A stretch of 64,000 bases of DNA, taken from NCBI GenBank assembly GCA_965645245.1, contig OZ287075.1, positions 1 to 64,000 on the forward strand, in the 5' to 3' direction. A program made the translations under genes and the position numbers. Shown here in pieces: positions 59,754 through 64,000 of the stretch. The DNA comes from Massalongia carnosa. Lineage: Eukaryota. Numbering within the stretch: the stretch's first letter is position 1; each line of letters starts with the position of its first letter. Under the pieces are notes generated by a model. The model ran no database searches. It had not been told where the DNA came from and saw only the letters and a program-made list of their open reading frames with translations.

Positions 59754-60245
59754 TCGTCATACTATAATTATAACTCGTTCTTCTTTTCTTTCTCGTTTCT
59801 GCCTTATCTGACCGATTCAATAGAGGCACGAGACGTGATCGCCGACGTACTTCAGATTACGAAAAAAAATTTAATTTGTTAAAATGCATGAAATCTTTAA
59901 ATTGATCGATAAAAGAGTTTTTATAAAAAACGCAAGATCAATTCTTCGATTATTTTTGTCGATATGGTGCAAAAAGAAGACCTTTTAAATTTTATTAAAT
60001 CTGATAAAATATTCGTTATTCTTCGCGAAAGAGATTGAGTTAAGTCGCGAATGTGTTTCATGAAGAAATCAAAACTTTTGACAAATAACGTTGTGGAAGG
60101 ATGCACTGGGTTGTATGCGTGGTACACTACTACTAGAAATACAAGAGAACAAATAAACAAGAGAAGTGTTGAATGGCGGTTGCGATTACGGTTATAATGG
60201 CTTGGGCTCACTGCCTTATAACGTGGATAGCGGGTAGTCTAATCT

Positions 60246-63200
60246 TGTTGAATAGGTCTATGACTATGGCTATATGACTATGTAACGATAGGGGCCTGTA
60301 TGACCATGATGCTAAGGATGCAGAGTTGCTACGGAGTGCAGAGCAATCTGTTCCTTTTATCTTGGTCACCTCTGCTAAGCGAGATGATAATAGTTTATCC
60401 GAGCCTCTATGCGATTAGATTAGATCTGATCTTATCTATAATCTATCGACTAGGCAATGCTGGTAGAAGTTGAACATTCAACACCCTCCCTCAAGTTCTG
60501 CCAGAACTTGTTCTGATGATCAAAATTGCGCTGCGCGGTGTGAACTCAGCTAGATGAATTCATGTGAACTTGTCTGATGAAGGAGAAGAATTTGACGGGG
60601 GCAAGCGGTTTGGTCAGTCCGTCCGCTACCATGTGTTCTGATGAAACATAGGTAAGGTCTATTCGACCCTCTGTGACCTCATTCCGTATGAAGTGATGCT
60701 GAATGTCGATGTGCTTAGTCCTTGAATGTAAGACGGGATTATTGGCCAGTGCTATAGCACTCTGATTATCACCTTTCAATGCTATAGCGCCTTCCCTTTC
60801 AAGTACATTCACTGTCGGAGTAGCATCATCCTGCATCAGCCCGAGTTCTGTCATCAATAAGCGTATCCATATGGTCTCCTTAGCAGCTAAGGTGAGTGCC
60901 ATATATTCGGCATCTGTGGATGAGAGGGCAACGGTTTTCTGTCTTTTTGAGGCCCAACTGATTGGTCCATTGTTCAGCATGAAGACGTATCCGGAGGTGG
61001 ACTTGCGGTCTTCCTTGTCACCGGCCCAATCAGAATCGGAATAGCCCTGTATAGACAAATTTCCGCCACCAAAGGTAATGCCTCTGTCTCTGGTTGCACT
61101 GAGATATCTGAGAATCTGCTTGGTTGCCTCCATGTGTGATTTGCCAGGATTTTTGGCATGTCGGCTGACCACTGAGGTCGCGTAGGCAATGTCAGGCCTT
61201 GTTTCTATCATAGCAAACATGATGGAGCCGACGATTGCTTGATACTGTTTAATGTCTGATTCTGAGGCCTGGGATTCATTTCTGAATTGACTGCCTTCTT
61301 TCATTGGGGTGGTGGTACTTTTCGCGTTCTGCATATGAAACTTCTCCAGGACCTTTTCGATGTAGGTAGATTGAGATAGTTTGATTGTTCTGTTATCGCG
61401 ATTTCGTTCTACCTTTAGGCCTAGATAATGACTGATTGGGCCCATGTCCACCAGCTTGAACGCAATGTTCAGTTGTTTCTTGACTTCAGATATCATAGGA
61501 GATCCCTTTGGACCTATGATGTTCAGATCATCAACGAAGGAGGTAACAATTGGACCTCTTATTCCTGCCGAAGAGGAGAAGATACTATGATATGCGTGAA
61601 GTTTGGACAGACCCAGCTTGGTAAGTAGAAATTCGGACAGCCTTTCATACCATAGGCGTGGAGATTGTTTCAGGCCATAGAGAGCCTTGTTCAGTTTGCA
61701 GATCATGCCCGCTTTTTCATATCCTTTGGGCATTTGGACGTAAATCAATTGATCTATTACCCCATACAAGAATGCTGTGACGACATCAAGCTGTTCGATG
61801 TCCAAGTCATGATGAGCTGCTATGGCAAACAATAATCGGAAGGCCATTGGTTTCACTACGGAGGCATAGGTCTGTTCGAAATCTACTCCGTACTGCTGGA
61901 GATAGCCTTTCACCACCCATCTGGATTTTTACCGTGTGATATTTCCATTGACGTCTCGTTTCAGTTTGTATACCCATTTTCCACTGAGAGCAGTATGATT
62001 GGGCTCCATATCCTCGGTTCTGACAAGAGTCCATGTTTCGTTCTCGAGAAGACCGTTGTGTTCATTTTCCATGGAACGACTCCAGCTTTCTGAATGTGGA
62101 CCTTTCATAGCTTGATGGTATGTCTGAGGTTCAGCTATGTCGAGTTGAGACAGTGCGTCATAGTCTTCCAATCCTGATGATCCTTCCTTTTCCAAGGTTC
62201 TGGCAAGAAGAACGAGTGGATCCTCTGTGTCTATGTCATCGTATGTAGGAGTATGATTGGGTTCATCTAAAGCTGTGTCTGATAGAAGAGACAATGCGTG
62301 TTCTATCTGAGCATGCTTTCTGGGTCTGGCACGTCCACGTTTTGGAATCGTTGTGGGGGATGAAATGACTGTTGATTTTGATGGAGTGACTGTATCGGGA
62401 GTCATGATGGCCTCGTATGTAGGAACGTTGGTCTGGTCTTTGGAGATAGCGTCTTCGTGAATGCGCAGATCTTTGACCCTGATGACCCTGTTGTCCTTTT
62501 CCAGAAAGACTCGATAGATTGTGCATCCATCGTACCCACACAAGACTCCGCGTTGGGCCCGAGGTAGAAATTTGGCCGATTTGCTGTTGGCGCCTTTGCG
62601 TTCTTCCTCATGAATGAGGACATACACGGTTGATCCCAACACTCGCAGATGATTCAGAGGAGGTGACTTTGACTCGTAAATTTCAAATGGGGTCTTTCCG
62701 GATAAAGCATTTGTAGGTCTGACGTTTTTTGTGTGAACCATAGCTAAAACCACCTCTGTCCATAGGTAGTCCGGAATGCCTCCTGCAATGATGGTACATC
62801 TAGTCATGTCCATGATAGTTCTGCCTGTTCGTTCAGACACACCGTTTTGTTCCTGTGAATACGGTGCGGAGGGTTCAAACGTTATCCCTTCTTTCAGGAA
62901 CCAATCATCCGATTTCAGACTTCGAAGTTCTGTGCCGAAATCAGTTCGAAAGATGTTTATTGGCTTGCTCTTTCCTGTCTTGTTCTGAGCTAGACTGTAG
63001 TATGTCAACAGATGATCAAACCATTCACTCTTCTTGATGCCTGTATACACATGAGTGTATCTGCTGGCATCGCAGGTGAAGGTAAAGAAGTACTGTTCTT
63101 CAAGAAGTCCTGCTGGTTTGATGGGTCCTACTAGATCGGAATGAACCTTTTGAAAGATGCCTGTTGCTCTCTCCTGAGGTGTCCGGTTGTATATCTTAGT

Positions 63201-64000
63201 GGCCTTTCCGAGTTCACAGGATGAACAGTACCAATCTTTGTTCACGTTGTCTGAGTACGACACATCGAGTCTTTTCAGAAAAGCTCGGCAGGTGATCAGG
63301 TTTAAATGACCAAGACGCGCATGCCATGTTGACAGGTCTGTTATGGCTGACGTGTGGTAGACTGATGTGTTCGGCCACTGAAAGGTGCTCTCATCTGTCT
63401 GCATAAGTTGTGTAGCCACGTCTGGGGCGTCCAAGGTCTTTAGTACAAAGTTTGTATTGACTCTTGGCACATAGCCTATGATGTTCTGACTAATCCCGTT
63501 GAATAGGGTCCAGTTAACATTGTCATAGTAGATGTTGTTTTGGTTGAGTAGTGCCAGACTGACGAGATTCACTGGACACTGTGGAATGAAAAGAACGTTG
63601 TTCAGTATTAACACTGACGAGGGTGAGTCGTCCTGTAGTGCCAACGTTTTCCGGATCATTCCCCTCCCTGGAGACGTGCCATCTGATGTAGATCCTGCCT
63701 GACCTGTGGAGCGTGTTATGTAGTTGATGAACGACGGCCTGTGATTGCATACGTGCATGTCCGCTGCGCTGTCTAGTAGCCAGGTGTCTGTCTCTGTTGA
63801 GATGGTTGATGGTCATGACCTTCTGTAGAGTGGTAGTCATGACCACTGTGAGTCAACTGCTCACTGTGGGAGTTGTAGTGACTGTGGTGCCTGGAGTTGA
63901 CGTGGTGACTTCTGGCTTGGAGTTCTTTTGTCTCTTGACCCTCCCTGATTCAGCCGTGTCTCCCCTCGCCCGTTTTAGATGGGTGAAGTTCTGGAAACAC
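60246..64000 (-). mobile_element. Copia E copy 2: 3' LTR 60246-60483, pol 60546-63852 and end of gag; continues beyond the window
   Basis: QNGVSER, FVDD, YSDSDWAG; stop at 61929 and a 4-bp duplication near 63788. Confidence 0.95.

Noticed and set aside
59921..60211. 96-aa ORF with a hydrophobic segment
   Set aside because: Non-ATG start, AT-rich context and no recognisable motif

Overview
This window is a fungal chromosome end: a (CCCTAA)n telomere followed by about 64 kb of almost entirely nested transposable elements, with no RIP-type hypermutation visible. The style resembles powdery mildews, but that is an inference. It holds two Ngaro-type tyrosine-recombinase (YR) retrotransposons. One is cut off by the telomere; the other is intact with A1-gag-pol-YR-B1-A2-B2 split direct repeats, and a solo A+B footprint of it lies elsewhere. 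It also holds five Ty1/copia families, chromodomain Ty3/gypsy elements, many solo LTRs with 5-bp TSDs, an intron-containing hAT element, a DD37E Tc1-like transposon, a MITE, LINE remnants and one spliced Cys-rich pseudogene. The most interesting signal is an expression architecture shared by both divergent Ngaro elements. gag and pol lie in one frame separated by a single stop in a readthrough context, and the ATG-less YR frame has a positionally conserved branch site and acceptor that match a phase-1 donor in gag, predicting a spliced Gag(N-term)-YR fusion. Other notable features are telomere healing inside a YR gene, a Tc1-like element with a non-TA 5-bp TSD, Tf1-type self-priming, a -1 frameshift signal and a Tca2-like UGA readthrough in a copia family. 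Coordinates were read by eye and may be off by a few bases.
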